Shown here: positions 45,528 through 55,496 of the stretch, piece by piece
Position numbering within the stretch: position 1 is the stretch's first letter
Layout: each line of letters opens with the position of its first letter
DNA from: Candidatus Gugararchaeum adminiculabundum
Lineage (GTDB): Archaea > Micrarchaeota > Micrarchaeia > Burarchaeales > Gugararchaeaceae
Direction of reading: 5' to 3'
Assembly: GCA_902384795.1 (NCBI GenBank)
Contig: CABMDC010000001.1
Span: forward strand, 79,429 to 143,428
DNA length: 64,000 bases
Notes under the pieces: generated by a model
Databases searched by the model: none
Told to the model about the DNA's origin: nothing
The model's input: only the letters and a program-made list of their open reading frames with translations
Program-made: the position numbers and the translations under genes

Positions 45528-46958
45528 TTAACCTTTCGCAGTCCCGATTGGTTTCATCCTTGCCAATATTTTTGACAGTCCCGCAAGCTCAACGGATTTC
45601 ACAACCTCGTCCACATCCTTGTACGCACCCGGTGCCTCTTCAGAAATCAGTTCGTACTCAGTCGCCTTAACATAAATTCCCTTGTCCGCCAGTTCCTTTT
45701 GGATGTCCGCGCCTTTCCAGCTCCTGATCGCAGCCGCCCTGCTCATTATTCTCCCTGCCCCATGGCAGGTTGAGCCAAAAGTTTCCTTTAACGAGCCCTG
45801 GGCTCCAATCAAAACATAGCTCGCCGTTCCCATGCTTCCTGGAATCAGCACCGGCTGGCCGACATCCCTGTAAGCTTTAGGAATCTCGCTTCTCCCTGCT
45901 GGCAATGCGCGGGTCGCGCCTTTCCTGTGCACCAGTACGCGCTTCCTCTGCCCCTCCACTTCATGCTCCTCGTATTTCGCAATATTGTGGCAGACATCAT
46001 AGATAACTTTCATGCTCTCGCTCGTTCCCTTTCCAAAAACTTTGTCAAACGCCTCGCGCACCCAGTGCGTCATCACCTGTCGATTAGTAAATGCATAATT
46101 CACAGCGCAGTTCATTGCCTTCAAATACCTGTCAGCTTCAGGCGTGTGCAGCGGCACGCAGCACAATTCCCTTTCAGGCAAATCAATCTTGTACTTATTT
46201 ATTGCCGCATCATACATCTCCCTGACATTATCATCGCAAATCTGGTGCCCGAACCCCCTGCTTCCGCAGTGGAGCATCACGGCAACGTTCCCTTTTTGCA
46301 GCCCGATTTTCGCAGCAAGTTTCTCATCCGCCACTTCCGAGATTTCCTGCATTTCCAAAAAGTGATTTCCAGCGCCAAGGGTTCCAAACTGCGGCATTCC
46401 CCTTTTCTTTGCCTTGTCTGTCACAGCAGCGGGATCAGCGCCAGCTATCCCCCCGTTCTCCTCAGTGTGCTCCAAATCCTCGCTCCAGCCATAGCCTTTT
46501 TTTACTGCCCAGCCAGCCCCTTCACTAATCGCTTTATCCAACTCGCGTGCGTCAATTCTCAGCCTTCCTTTTGCGCCAACCCCTGAAGGAACGGCAGTGA
46601 AAAGCTCGTTCACCAATTGTTTTATCTTCTCCTTCACTTCAGCCAAGCTCAATTCAGTTCTGATCAAACGGACGCCGCAATTTATGTCGTAGCCGACTCC
46701 GCCCGGAGAAACAACCCCCTCATTCTCATCAAAAGCGGCAACTCCTCCAATCGGGAACCCGTACCCCTCATGGCCGTCGCTCATCACGCTCGCATGGCTC
46801 ACGATTCCCGGCAGGCTGGCGACATTTTTCAATTGCCCCATGGTCCTGTCCTTTTGCATCACTTCAAACAATTTTTTTGTAGCGTACACCCTGGCCGGGA
46901 CGCGCATTTTTCCCTGTTTTTCAAATTCCCAAATAGCTTCGCCGATTTGTTTTACCAT
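45528..46958 (-). CDS. rtcB: RNA-splicing ligase RtcB (3'-phosphate/5'-hydroxyl tRNA ligase)
   Basis: 476 aa with conserved RtcB metal-binding His/Cys and GTP-binding motifs (GHEGYGFPIGGVAAFD, NHF...HCGSRG, HNIA). Confidence 0.95.
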   Translation of the reverse strand: MVKQIGEAIWEFEKQGKMRVPARVYATKKLFEVMQKDRTMGQLKNVASLPGIVSHASVMSDGHEGYGFPIGGVAAFDENEGVVSPGGVGYDINCGVRLIRTELSLAEVKEKIKQLVNELFTAVPSGVGAKGRLRIDARELDKAISEGAGWAVKKGYGWSEDLEHTEENGGIAGADPAAVTDKAKKRGMPQFGTLGAGNHFLEMQEISEVADEKLAAKIGLQKGNVAVMLHCGSRGFGHQICDDNVREMYDAAINKYKIDLPERELCCVPLHTPEADRYLKAMNCAVNYAFTNRQVMTHWVREAFDKVFGKGTSESMKVIYDVCHNIAKYEEHEVEGQRKRVLVHRKGATRALPAGRSEIPKAYRDVGQPVLIPGSMGTASYVLIGAQGSLKETFGSTCHGAGRIMSRAAAIRSWKGADIQKELADKGIYVKATEYELISEEAPGAYKDVDEVVKSVELAGLSKILARMKPIGTAKG

Positions 46959-47029
46959 GGAAAACTACCAATCTGCTTTTGCAGTTTTTATTTACTTCAG
47001 CTGCTTCATGAGTATTTAGGCTAAATGAT

Positions 47030-47929
47030 TTAAATAAGCGAACTAATCAGCCCCATCGCCTTTGCTATTTCGTTTACGTTCTCCCTTTCCTGCTCGTGTG
47101 CCATAAGCACTGCAACCCAAAGAATAGTCAGGGACGTTCCCACCGCCCCTTCTTCGCTCATTTCAGCCGGAGTCTTATCCGTTTTCCTGGCTTCTTGCTC
47201 GTAAACTTTTCTTCCCAGAGCCAGCGCGCTGTCCGCTATTTTTTTCGGGTCATCCATTTCAAGAATTTCATTTATTTTCCTGCCAATCCACCCGCTGCCT
47301 GCAGGCCCCTCGTCCTGCGGTTCGAGCAGCCGCATTTTGCTGAAAAGGAGACAGCTTGCTTCTTCAAATGTCTCCTTCACGAGTTTATTCTCCTCTTCAT
47401 CTCCCTTGCCTTCCTGGCTAGCTGGCGGGTATTTGGCAAAAAAATCGCATATGTGCCTGGCAAATTCTGCGCAAGACATCTTTATCGGGTCCCCGGCTAT
47501 GGTTCTTATTTCCGCAGGGCCTTTTACCACGCCCATAATCTTTTCTGCCATCAGTTCTACTTCCATCGCAATCCCGATCTCCCAATTCTCGCGCGCATAG
47601 CCCCAGATCCTGTCCACCACAGCGCCGTCCATGGCCGGGACGCAAAATCTTTCCCACAGCATAAGCCTGACATACTCGAGCAGGCTTTCCTCCTCCAGTG
47701 TCATCGTTATGCAAAGGGTTACAACGCAGAGCCCTTTCTCCTGTTTAGTCGCTTTCAATTGTACGTCATTCAGGAGTTTTGCCACCCTATCCTCTATGCT
47801 GTCAGCAAAAGCATTGAATTCTTTTCTTTCCACCGGACCTTTGCCGGCATTCCTCTGGGCAAATTCTCTGGCAAACTGCTCAATCTGCTTGACTTGAAGA
47901 AGGGCCATTCCTACGCATTTTTCAGGCAC
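47030..47929 (-). CDS. Hypothetical cytoplasmic protein (299 aa) upstream of rtcB
   Basis: Protein-like composition. The overlapping + strand ORF 47096-48019 is F/H/C/R-rich antisense noise. Confidence 0.55.
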   Translation of the reverse strand: MPEKCVGMALLQVKQIEQFAREFAQRNAGKGPVERKEFNAFADSIEDRVAKLLNDVQLKATKQEKGLCVVTLCITMTLEEESLLEYVRLMLWERFCVPAMDGAVVDRIWGYARENWEIGIAMEVELMAEKIMGVVKGPAEIRTIAGDPIKMSCAEFARHICDFFAKYPPASQEGKGDEEENKLVKETFEEASCLLFSKMRLLEPQDEGPAGSGWIGRKINEILEMDDPKKIADSALALGRKVYEQEARKTDKTPAEMSEEGAVGTSLTILWVAVLMAHEQERENVNEIAKAMGLISSLI

Positions 47930-48130
47930 GCCGATCTTCCTCAGCGCTTCAGCATAGGACCTAGCGCCCTCTCCCCCCGGACCTCAAACTTCGGTATCAT
48001 GCTTAAAATTCTGCCGTGATAAGAATAAAAAACAAGTGGTAATAAGCGAAAGGAAATGCTTACGTAGAATTTCACTTCCACAGCGCCGCCAGCGCAATAC
48101 TAATATAGTATAGCGCCACAATTTTCCCCT

Positions 48131-51100
48131 ATGAAGCGTGCGGGAGTCAGGTTTGAGCTAATATTAGCATCATTGCTCATTCTCATTTCAGCGGTTTTCG
48201 TCTACGCGCAAAGCGCTCCCTCGCCCGGCTCGCTCACTATCACTGACTTTGACGGAAATGCGGTCGCTTTCCAGGCGCAGTTTTTCCTGCCAGGCACCCA
48301 GGTGCAGAAATCCCCGAACGACGGCGGAGCCTATGATGTGCAGATCACGGTGAACAATTTCCCTGCAACCATTCACCTCAACCGCACAATCTATTCCGGC
48401 CAGACCCTAATCAAAGTTTCCCAGCCCGCTCCAACAAACCCGCCAGCCCGCTACACCCTTTCCAGCTCGCTCCGCGTAGTCGTCCAATCCGATTCCTCGT
48501 TTGAAACAATCGAAGTGCGCAAGCCGGCTTCTTCCCCTGTGATTTTCGAATGCAATAATTTCAATGAAAACAAGAACGAATGCCCCTCCTGGTCCCGCGC
48601 CAAGGCGCTGAACCCAAAAATCGGGGACGAATACCGCTATTCAACGCGCACTTCGCAAATAGTCCTTGCAGAAGGGACGCTTGACCCGAATGCAAAAACG
48701 CTCACAGGAAAAGTGAAGGTGCGCGACCGGGCGGGCACTGAAATAATCCTGGGCCAGGCGGAGCTTTTCGAGCCGGGCACCACGCTCGCCGCTGAATCCG
48801 ATTCCCAGGTCGCGGACGCGAACGTGAACATTTACGGAAAAAAAGTAAGGAGCATAAGATTCCACGGCCTTGACCTGAACCGGACAACCATCGACCTGAG
48901 CGTTGATAATGCGCCCAATGCAATAATAAACGGAAAAACATACCTCAAGTCGTTTTCCATTGACACGACCGGATTGAATTTCACCTCGGCCACTGTCACC
49001 TATGACAGCACAGGCGGCCCGCTTTACAAATGCAAGGATTGGAATTTCGCCACTTCCAAATGCCTGGGCGAATGGGTTACGGTGCCCACGGCCTCGTCTG
49101 ATATCCTTGGTTACATGACCTTTGAAATATTCCCCGGCGACCCGCTCTACACCCAGGGCTATACCTACAACTTCACGTTGAACTATTCCTCGGTGACTTC
49201 CTCCACCTGGACCAATGCGGCCTATGTCAATGCCAGCGACACGGGCTATGCGACCTGCACCGCAAAGACAAAGCGAATGATACTCGCGCTAACTCCCCTT
49301 ACCGTAGGGGGAACCGGCGATCGAATTACCAGCGTGGTAATGGCAACCCGGTGGAAAGCAAGCTCCACCGATGCCACGGACGGTATAACATTGACTCCCT
49401 ATTTCAGCGGAGTTGCCGGCACCGCATCAAGCTACTTCGGCTGCTCGACCACCGAAGCATACAAGCAATTCGACATCACCTCCCAAAAATCACCCTGGAC
49501 CTGGGCCGATGTAAACTCACTCTCCTATGCAGTTGACTCGGTTGCCTCGGGAAGCTATGGCTGCGGCACCATAAGCGACAACTACATTTACATAAATGTC
49601 TCATTTGTCCCGGACGCCACAGGGCCGACAGTCCAGCTCACCTCTCCTGCGAACATCACCATATACTCCGGAGGGTCTGTCAATTTCACCTACAATGTGA
49701 CCGATGCCTCGACCATTGCCAACTGCACCCTATGGGTCGACAATGTGGCGGTGATCAACGACACCACCTCCACCTTCACCATGAACACCACATTGAATTT
49801 CACCTACACTCCCACGGGCACATCAACACACACCTGGAATATCCAGTGCACCGACACCTCGTTCAACAAGAATGTTGCAAATGCCACGAGGAATTACACC
49901 CTTATTCCAGACACCACTGCGCCGGTTGTCACGCTCCTAGGCCCCGCCACTTCCGCTTCCTATAACGCCTCCAATGTCACGTTCTATTATAGCGTGACAG
50001 ACCTTTCGGGCATTCAAACATGCTCCCTGTTTTTGCAGGGAAACGCGGTTTTGAACAGGTCGATGTTAATCACCAACCAGTCCTCCACTAACTTCACGCA
50101 ATACAACCTGCCGGTCGGCACCTACAATTGGAGCGTCAAGTGCACTGACAATTCGACATTCCAGACAAACAGCGCGACCGCAGCAAACAATTCCATCACC
50201 ATCACTACTTCCACTGCATCGCTAACCGTGTCCGACAATGAAATGGACAACGAGTCAATGGGCATTCCTCCTGGCTATTCGGCAGTAAACGGAATCGGTT
50301 CCAGCACTGACGCCTTTTTCTTCGCAAACTACACCGATGCCGGAGGCAATGAAATCCCCCCGAAGTGGCACGATTCAGTGTTTAGCATGGCTTACACCAC
50401 CCTGGGGAACATAACCATGATGCGCAACCCGAACGAACTGCTCTGGGTCACGGCACCAGGTGCTGCTACCATAACATCTATTAAGGCAGACCTGCGTCAC
50501 ACCGGAGTGAAATCCGATGTAATCGTAGTGGTGATGAGCCTAGGTCTATACGCCTATGACCAGTTCGGGAATCTTCTGTGGACCTTTCCAATTGCAACTA
50601 CAAACACCAACTCCCCCCTGGCAATAGGCGACTTTGACAAGGACGGATATGAGGACGATACCATTTTCAGTGACGGCATGTATGTCTATATATTCAATGA
50701 GAGCGGCGACGTGCTCGCAAACTCCTCATTGTTTTACGGCCATCATTCCATAGCATCAGTGGCTGTAGCAGACTTTGACGGGGACGGCTACAGGGCAGAG
50801 GCAGCAGTGGCGGCCTATTCCAACGACACTAGCGGTGCAAATCCGGACGTGGTCGCTTTCATGAACGGTTCGCTCGGAAATTACCAGAACTTCACTTTTG
50901 CCTCGCTTGCCCGCGGCCTTGGGACTCCGCGCCACAATTACTTGGCACTAGGCGACTTTGACAGCGACGGATATGAGGATGATTTGGCCGTTGCGACCTA
51001 TTCCACCAGCACCTATGCCATCAAGAATGACTCAACGCTCATCTGGAACTATACTACGCCAGCAAACCAGAATTCCACGCGCGTGGCTGCTATAGACTAC

Positions 51101-53884
51101 TCCCGCTCCGGGATTAAAAACGGGGTCGTGGCAGTTCAGTATTTCAATACCACCATAGGCTACATCGCTGTTCTTAATTCCAGCGGCCAGGCTTCTTGCA
51201 TTATAAATACAACCACCTGGGATTCATCTCCAAACGATATCGTAGCAACGGACTTTGACTCCAGCGGTTATCAGGATGATTTCTACGCTTCTATCTACGC
51301 CAAAAACGTGTCTGCCTACAACAGCTCCTGCGGTCCAATTTGGAATTATCCCGCAGGCAGCACGGTAGCATACTACTACCTGGCCATTGGCAATCTGGAT
51401 GAGAACGGTTATGTCCAGGATGACGTCCTGTCTTCTGGTACCTTGGCATCGAGTATTGTCGCATTGACTGCGCTTAAAAATGACGGCACCTATCTCTGGA
51501 ACTTCACGCAAGCATCCATTATCGGGGATGTTGCAGTGGGCAACTTTGAAAACTCCTACCGCGGCTGTACCATTTACTTCGCTGACCGAAAAACTCCAGA
51601 GCAGATGAGCTACAACTCTACTGGCAAATATTACTATTACGAGCGCCGCTTCTATTCCAACGGCACCAAGACCTACAACATCGACTGCCAGGGAAGGGAT
51701 TATGATACGAAAAATGCGAGCGGCACAACCTATGTCGGCCCGCCAGCTGCCCTGACAATTGCGAACCTGAGCATTTACACCGGCACCGAGTTCAGCACAC
51801 TCGGCTCAGGCACCCAGGTCTGCAGCATCACCTCATCTTTCGGAGATAACATTTCCACAGGCTCCTGCGCGAATAATTTAATGCAGGGCACACGCTACCG
51901 CGCGGAAATTCTCGTATGCAATGACGGCGGGTACAACGCAAGCAATGCGCGTTTCAACACGCTGAAGTTCAGCAACCTTTCCACCAGCATGATAAGCACG
52001 CTGGGAACCGGCTGTGGCTATGGCGATTATGGCGGGGCAATCACAGCAATTTCCAGCGGCTGCTCCTATTCCAGCGGAACGCTGACCATCACTTCCAATT
52101 ACGGGGTCAGCCTTCCAACCGGCACCGCGCGCTCCACAACCAATTGCAAAACATTCGCATTCAATTTCACGGCAGGCACGCCAAGCGCAGCATATATTCA
52201 CAACACATCGCTCAGCATTACCGGAGCCGATTTCGGAGTAAACCCAGACACCAACACAATAACAGTGAACACCAGCTCGCCTCCTGCGCTCCACGTTGCG
52301 CAGCTGCGCATTTTCCAGAGCTCTGATTTCAGCACGCTCGGCTCGGGCACTACCAAATGCAACGTGAAATCGCTTTGCAGCAATGTGGCCGGAATGGACG
52401 ATTTCCTGGGAACCACAATCGACATTGGTTACTGGGCTTCATCTGCTGCTGCGGATCTGCCCATAACCCAGAACAACAGAATAGTGATGAACGGCACATC
52501 CACTTCCGCCGACCCGCAGATGTCAAGTTTATTTTCCACCACGTTCCTCCCCTACAATGTAACGGCTGACATGGCAATTGACGGGACCACCTTTGACATC
52601 ACTGCCCCAAGCCCATCCCCGGTTGCCCTCGGGTTCCTGTCAATTGACGACCAGTCTTCAGCCACGCATTTCTACGCGCAGCTTGCCATCTCTCCAGCGG
52701 ATAACGCCGGCACCAAATCAGCGGTAGTCATCGCTCTCTTTTCAAACGAGAGCGGGGAATCCCCTGAAGGGCCAGTTATTCTCGGCACTGTCGGGCTGAA
52801 CGAAACCCTAACCGGCTATATACTATATAACTATACGAACAAGAGCGTGATAGTCGGATACAACGGGACCTCCTCCGGCTCCACCCAGTTTACTGGAATG
52901 GATTTCACTCCCGCAAGCACCGTCAATCTGCTGGGAGTGCTGAATGCGCAGGGCGGGTCCATAAATTTCACGGCCGACAATTTCATTGCATTTACAAATT
53001 CCACCTGGGGCACGTGCGGAAACATTACCACCGCGAATTGCGCGGGGCAGCTCTCATCGAATTCCAACTACCGCACGGAAATAAGATTATGCAATGATGT
53101 TGATGCAAACGGCAACACCAACGCCACTTTCACGACCCTGAAGCACAGCAACCTCACGGACAATTTAATATACGGGATCGGAACCGGCTGCGGCTATGGG
53201 GACACATCCATTTCCGCGCTCGGAGGCGGCTGCGCCTATTCGACAGGGACAGTGACCCTCACCGACAACAATGCGCTCGGCATCCCGCCAGCGGATACGC
53301 GCTCGGACTCCAATTGCGAATGGTTCGCGTACAATTTCACAACCGGCGCGCCAACAAATGATTACATCCACAATTCGTCCATCAGCACTACGGGCGTGAA
53401 TCTCGGCACCAATCCGGACACCAACACGATACAGATAAATCTCACCGGGCTCGTGGCAATAAGCTTCACGGTTTCCTATCCATCCTCAGGCTGCTCCAAT
53501 GGCAAGGGCTGCGCAACAGGCGGATGCAGCGCGTGCACAAGATGCTGGTTCGAAACCACTGACCTCACCGGCCTCGCGACCGAATCAAACGTGAATTGCG
53601 AAGGCCAGAGTTCAGGCACCGCTTTCTTCAGGTTCACGAACACCGGCAGCTCAACTTTGAAATGGCAGGTGAAGCTTGAAAGCGCGCTCCCGGCAACTTT
53701 CGCCTACAAGATGGCGAATGACACCCCGGCCCCTGCCTATGCGCAAACAATCGGCACAAGTTTCGCCACCATAAAAAGCGGCATAGCCGCTTCGGCCTAT
53801 GCCGATGCCTGGGCCTACGGGGATTTCAACACTGCTCCGGGAGGCTCGGCCTCAAGCACACTGACTGTAAATGGAACTACCTGA
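48131..53884 (+). CDS. Giant secreted surface protein (1917 aa) with an FG-GAP/integrin-alpha-like repeat region and an internal roughly 165-aa duplication. Heavily sequon-rich (N-x-S/T).
   Basis: N-terminal signal peptide. Five D-F-D-x-D-G-Y-x-D-D calcium-binding-like repeats between about 50630 and 51425. Duplicated Cys-containing modules at about 51765-52280 and 52980-53450. Dozens of N-x-S/T sites. No C-terminal TM. TATA taatatag at 48101-48108, so probably leaderless. Confidence 0.85.
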   Translation: MKRAGVRFELILASLLILISAVFVYAQSAPSPGSLTITDFDGNAVAFQAQFFLPGTQVQKSPNDGGAYDVQITVNNFPATIHLNRTIYSGQTLIKVSQPAPTNPPARYTLSSSLRVVVQSDSSFETIEVRKPASSPVIFECNNFNENKNECPSWSRAKALNPKIGDEYRYSTRTSQIVLAEGTLDPNAKTLTGKVKVRDRAGTEIILGQAELFEPGTTLAAESDSQVADANVNIYGKKVRSIRFHGLDLNRTTIDLSVDNAPNAIINGKTYLKSFSIDTTGLNFTSATVTYDSTGGPLYKCKDWNFATSKCLGEWVTVPTASSDILGYMTFEIFPGDPLYTQGYTYNFTLNYSSVTSSTWTNAAYVNASDTGYATCTAKTKRMILALTPLTVGGTGDRITSVVMATRWKASSTDATDGITLTPYFSGVAGTASSYFGCSTTEAYKQFDITSQKSPWTWADVNSLSYAVDSVASGSYGCGTISDNYIYINVSFVPDATGPTVQLTSPANITIYSGGSVNFTYNVTDASTIANCTLWVDNVAVINDTTSTFTMNTTLNFTYTPTGTSTHTWNIQCTDTSFNKNVANATRNYTLIPDTTAPVVTLLGPATSASYNASNVTFYYSVTDLSGIQTCSLFLQGNAVLNRSMLITNQSSTNFTQYNLPVGTYNWSVKCTDNSTFQTNSATAANNSITITTSTASLTVSDNEMDNESMGIPPGYSAVNGIGSSTDAFFFANYTDAGGNEIPPKWHDSVFSMAYTTLGNITMMRNPNELLWVTAPGAATITSIKADLRHTGVKSDVIVVVMSLGLYAYDQFGNLLWTFPIATTNTNSPLAIGDFDKDGYEDDTIFSDGMYVYIFNESGDVLANSSLFYGHHSIASVAVADFDGDGYRAEAAVAAYSNDTSGANPDVVAFMNGSLGNYQNFTFASLARGLGTPRHNYLALGDFDSDGYEDDLAVATYSTSTYAIKNDSTLIWNYTTPANQNSTRVAAIDYSRSGIKNGVVAVQYFNTTIGYIAVLNSSGQASCIINTTTWDSSPNDIVATDFDSSGYQDDFYASIYAKNVSAYNSSCGPIWNYPAGSTVAYYYLAIGNLDENGYVQDDVLSSGTLASSIVALTALKNDGTYLWNFTQASIIGDVAVGNFENSYRGCTIYFADRKTPEQMSYNSTGKYYYYERRFYSNGTKTYNIDCQGRDYDTKNASGTTYVGPPAALTIANLSIYTGTEFSTLGSGTQVCSITSSFGDNISTGSCANNLMQGTRYRAEILVCNDGGYNASNARFNTLKFSNLSTSMISTLGTGCGYGDYGGAITAISSGCSYSSGTLTITSNYGVSLPTGTARSTTNCKTFAFNFTAGTPSAAYIHNTSLSITGADFGVNPDTNTITVNTSSPPALHVAQLRIFQSSDFSTLGSGTTKCNVKSLCSNVAGMDDFLGTTIDIGYWASSAAADLPITQNNRIVMNGTSTSADPQMSSLFSTTFLPYNVTADMAIDGTTFDITAPSPSPVALGFLSIDDQSSATHFYAQLAISPADNAGTKSAVVIALFSNESGESPEGPVILGTVGLNETLTGYILYNYTNKSVIVGYNGTSSGSTQFTGMDFTPASTVNLLGVLNAQGGSINFTADNFIAFTNSTWGTCGNITTANCAGQLSSNSNYRTEIRLCNDVDANGNTNATFTTLKHSNLTDNLIYGIGTGCGYGDTSISALGGGCAYSTGTVTLTDNNALGIPPADTRSDSNCEWFAYNFTTGAPTNDYIHNSSISTTGVNLGTNPDTNTIQINLTGLVAISFTVSYPSSGCSNGKGCATGGCSACTRCWFETTDLTGLATESNVNCEGQSSGTAFFRFTNTGSSTLKWQVKLESALPATFAYKMANDTPAPAYAQTIGTSFATIKSGIAASAYADAWAYGDFNTAPGGSASSTLTVNGTT

Positions 53885-53981
53885 TGCAGCAGATTCATAT
53901 TTTTCCAGTTGTTTATTCCTTCTTGGAATTTTTCGAAACCTATTTATACCCCGCCCTACAATCTTTAGTTAATAATCTGAG

Positions 53982-54545
53982 GTGATTTGTTTGAATAAAA
54001 TGCCGTTTTTAGCACTATTCATGGTGACCATGTTCGTGGGGTTCGCTTTTGCCGACACCATCTCCACAACAGTTCACTTTAACGTGCAGACCCAAACTTC
54101 GTTCACTGTGACGCTTCCGGGCGGGAGTGCCGTTGCCTCTGGCACAACTTCAGACATTGAATTCAACTCAACATCAGGCACCCAGGTCAAGGTGAATGCA
54201 AGCGTTGTGGGCGCACCTTCAAACGTGCAGACCAGCTCCATCCCGATATTCGTTTACTCGAACACCGGAAACGTGGACATCAATGTCAATCTTACACTTG
54301 ATTCCACCTACACTGGAATCACGGTAAAGGCGGCAAATGCCAATGCTGACTGGGAATCAAGCTGTTCCTCCACTGCAATGCCCGATTCGGGCAAGTGCGT
54401 GGCTGTTTCAACTGCCTCACGGAGAGTTGCAGGCACTTTGGCAGCAGGCGGGACCCAGAATGTTTGGATGTGGGCTGACTTCTCATCCGTTGCAGGAGGG
54501 ACTTCGGTTTCGAAAACACTGACGCATACCAGTGCTGCAAGTTAA
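53982..54545 (+). CDS. Secreted Thr/Ser-rich beta-rich protein (187 aa)
   Basis: Signal peptide MPFLALFMVTMFVGFAFA, then alternating beta-strand-like segments with N-x-S/T sequons. Start is ambiguous among GTG 53982, TTG 53991 and ATG 54000. Confidence 0.6.
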   Translation: MICLNKMPFLALFMVTMFVGFAFADTISTTVHFNVQTQTSFTVTLPGGSAVASGTTSDIEFNSTSGTQVKVNASVVGAPSNVQTSSIPIFVYSNTGNVDINVNLTLDSTYTGITVKAANANADWESSCSSTAMPDSGKCVAVSTASRRVAGTLAAGGTQNVWMWADFSSVAGGTSVSKTLTHTSAAS

Positions 54546-54563
54546 AATTAATGGGGCTGATTT

Positions 54564-55493
54564 ATGATGAAAAATACAAAAATTTTGTTTGGATTGCTTG
54601 TGGCGCTGATGCTTTTGTTCGGCTGCACAGGCGGAGCGGGCGAGCAGCCTGCGGCTGGGACTGGCAATAATACGGTAGCTCCGGTGAAAAATGACACCGT
54701 GGCCCCAGAACCCACGGCATTGGAAAAAAGGATTGCCGAAGACCTGGCTGTTGCAGAGAAACTGAAAACAAGGCCTGACTATGGATTTGGAATCACGGGC
54801 GCATCAGTCCTGTTCCAGAAGCTTCCGGCATTTCCAACGGACTTTTACAAAATGAGGGTCCAGGTGAGATACAACCGGATAACCGACCTCACTAATTTGG
54901 ATGCGAAATACTACAAGCAGCCCGAGTTCTACCCCGGATTTGACGACGGCTTCCAGGCTGCGGGACAGGGCGCAAAGCTCTATGCAGCACCTCCTGAAGG
55001 AAGGTGGGGAGCATTCGGCTATGGCACCTACCCTGCCGATGCACAGGTGACAACCGCAGCGGGACAGGAATTCAAGCTGACGACTTTCTTCCACACTGGC
55101 TGGCTTGTCGAATCCTACCAGGGAACAAGGCTGACCGCATCCTACCCTGAAACGGCCTCACTCCCAAACCAGGAAATGACCGGCGCAAACAGCATGGTGC
55201 AGGACCCGGTGAAAACCGCCGGATACTTCGATGTAACGGTGACTCCGAACGTATTCCTGCTTGATCCCGCATTCCCGCAATTCGGCGAGAACTGGGCGCA
55301 GAAAGTGATTGTTGACGTTAAGGTAAAGGAAGGCACGCCCAAGGGAGTTTATGTGATCGGAATCAACCCGAGCGCGCCGCCTGCAGAACAGAATGATGCC
55401 TGGGCAACTCAATACACCACTGCCTACACAACTGCGGGAGCAGCAACATCGCTTGACAGGCCGTTCTACCAGATTGCGGTAGACGTGAAGTAA
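54564..55493 (+). CDS. Lipoprotein (309 aa), predicted extracellular
   Basis: Signal peptide with lipobox LLFGC. Confidence 0.65.
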   Translation: MMKNTKILFGLLVALMLLFGCTGGAGEQPAAGTGNNTVAPVKNDTVAPEPTALEKRIAEDLAVAEKLKTRPDYGFGITGASVLFQKLPAFPTDFYKMRVQVRYNRITDLTNLDAKYYKQPEFYPGFDDGFQAAGQGAKLYAAPPEGRWGAFGYGTYPADAQVTTAAGQEFKLTTFFHTGWLVESYQGTRLTASYPETASLPNQEMTGANSMVQDPVKTAGYFDVTVTPNVFLLDPAFPQFGENWAQKVIVDVKVKEGTPKGVYVIGINPSAPPAEQNDAWATQYTTAYTTAGAATSLDRPFYQIAVDVK

Positions 55494-55496
55494 GCG

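Noticed and set aside
47096-48019. 307-aa + strand ORF
   Set aside because: Antisense to the more protein-like 299-aa minus-strand gene. Phe/His/Cys/Arg-rich.
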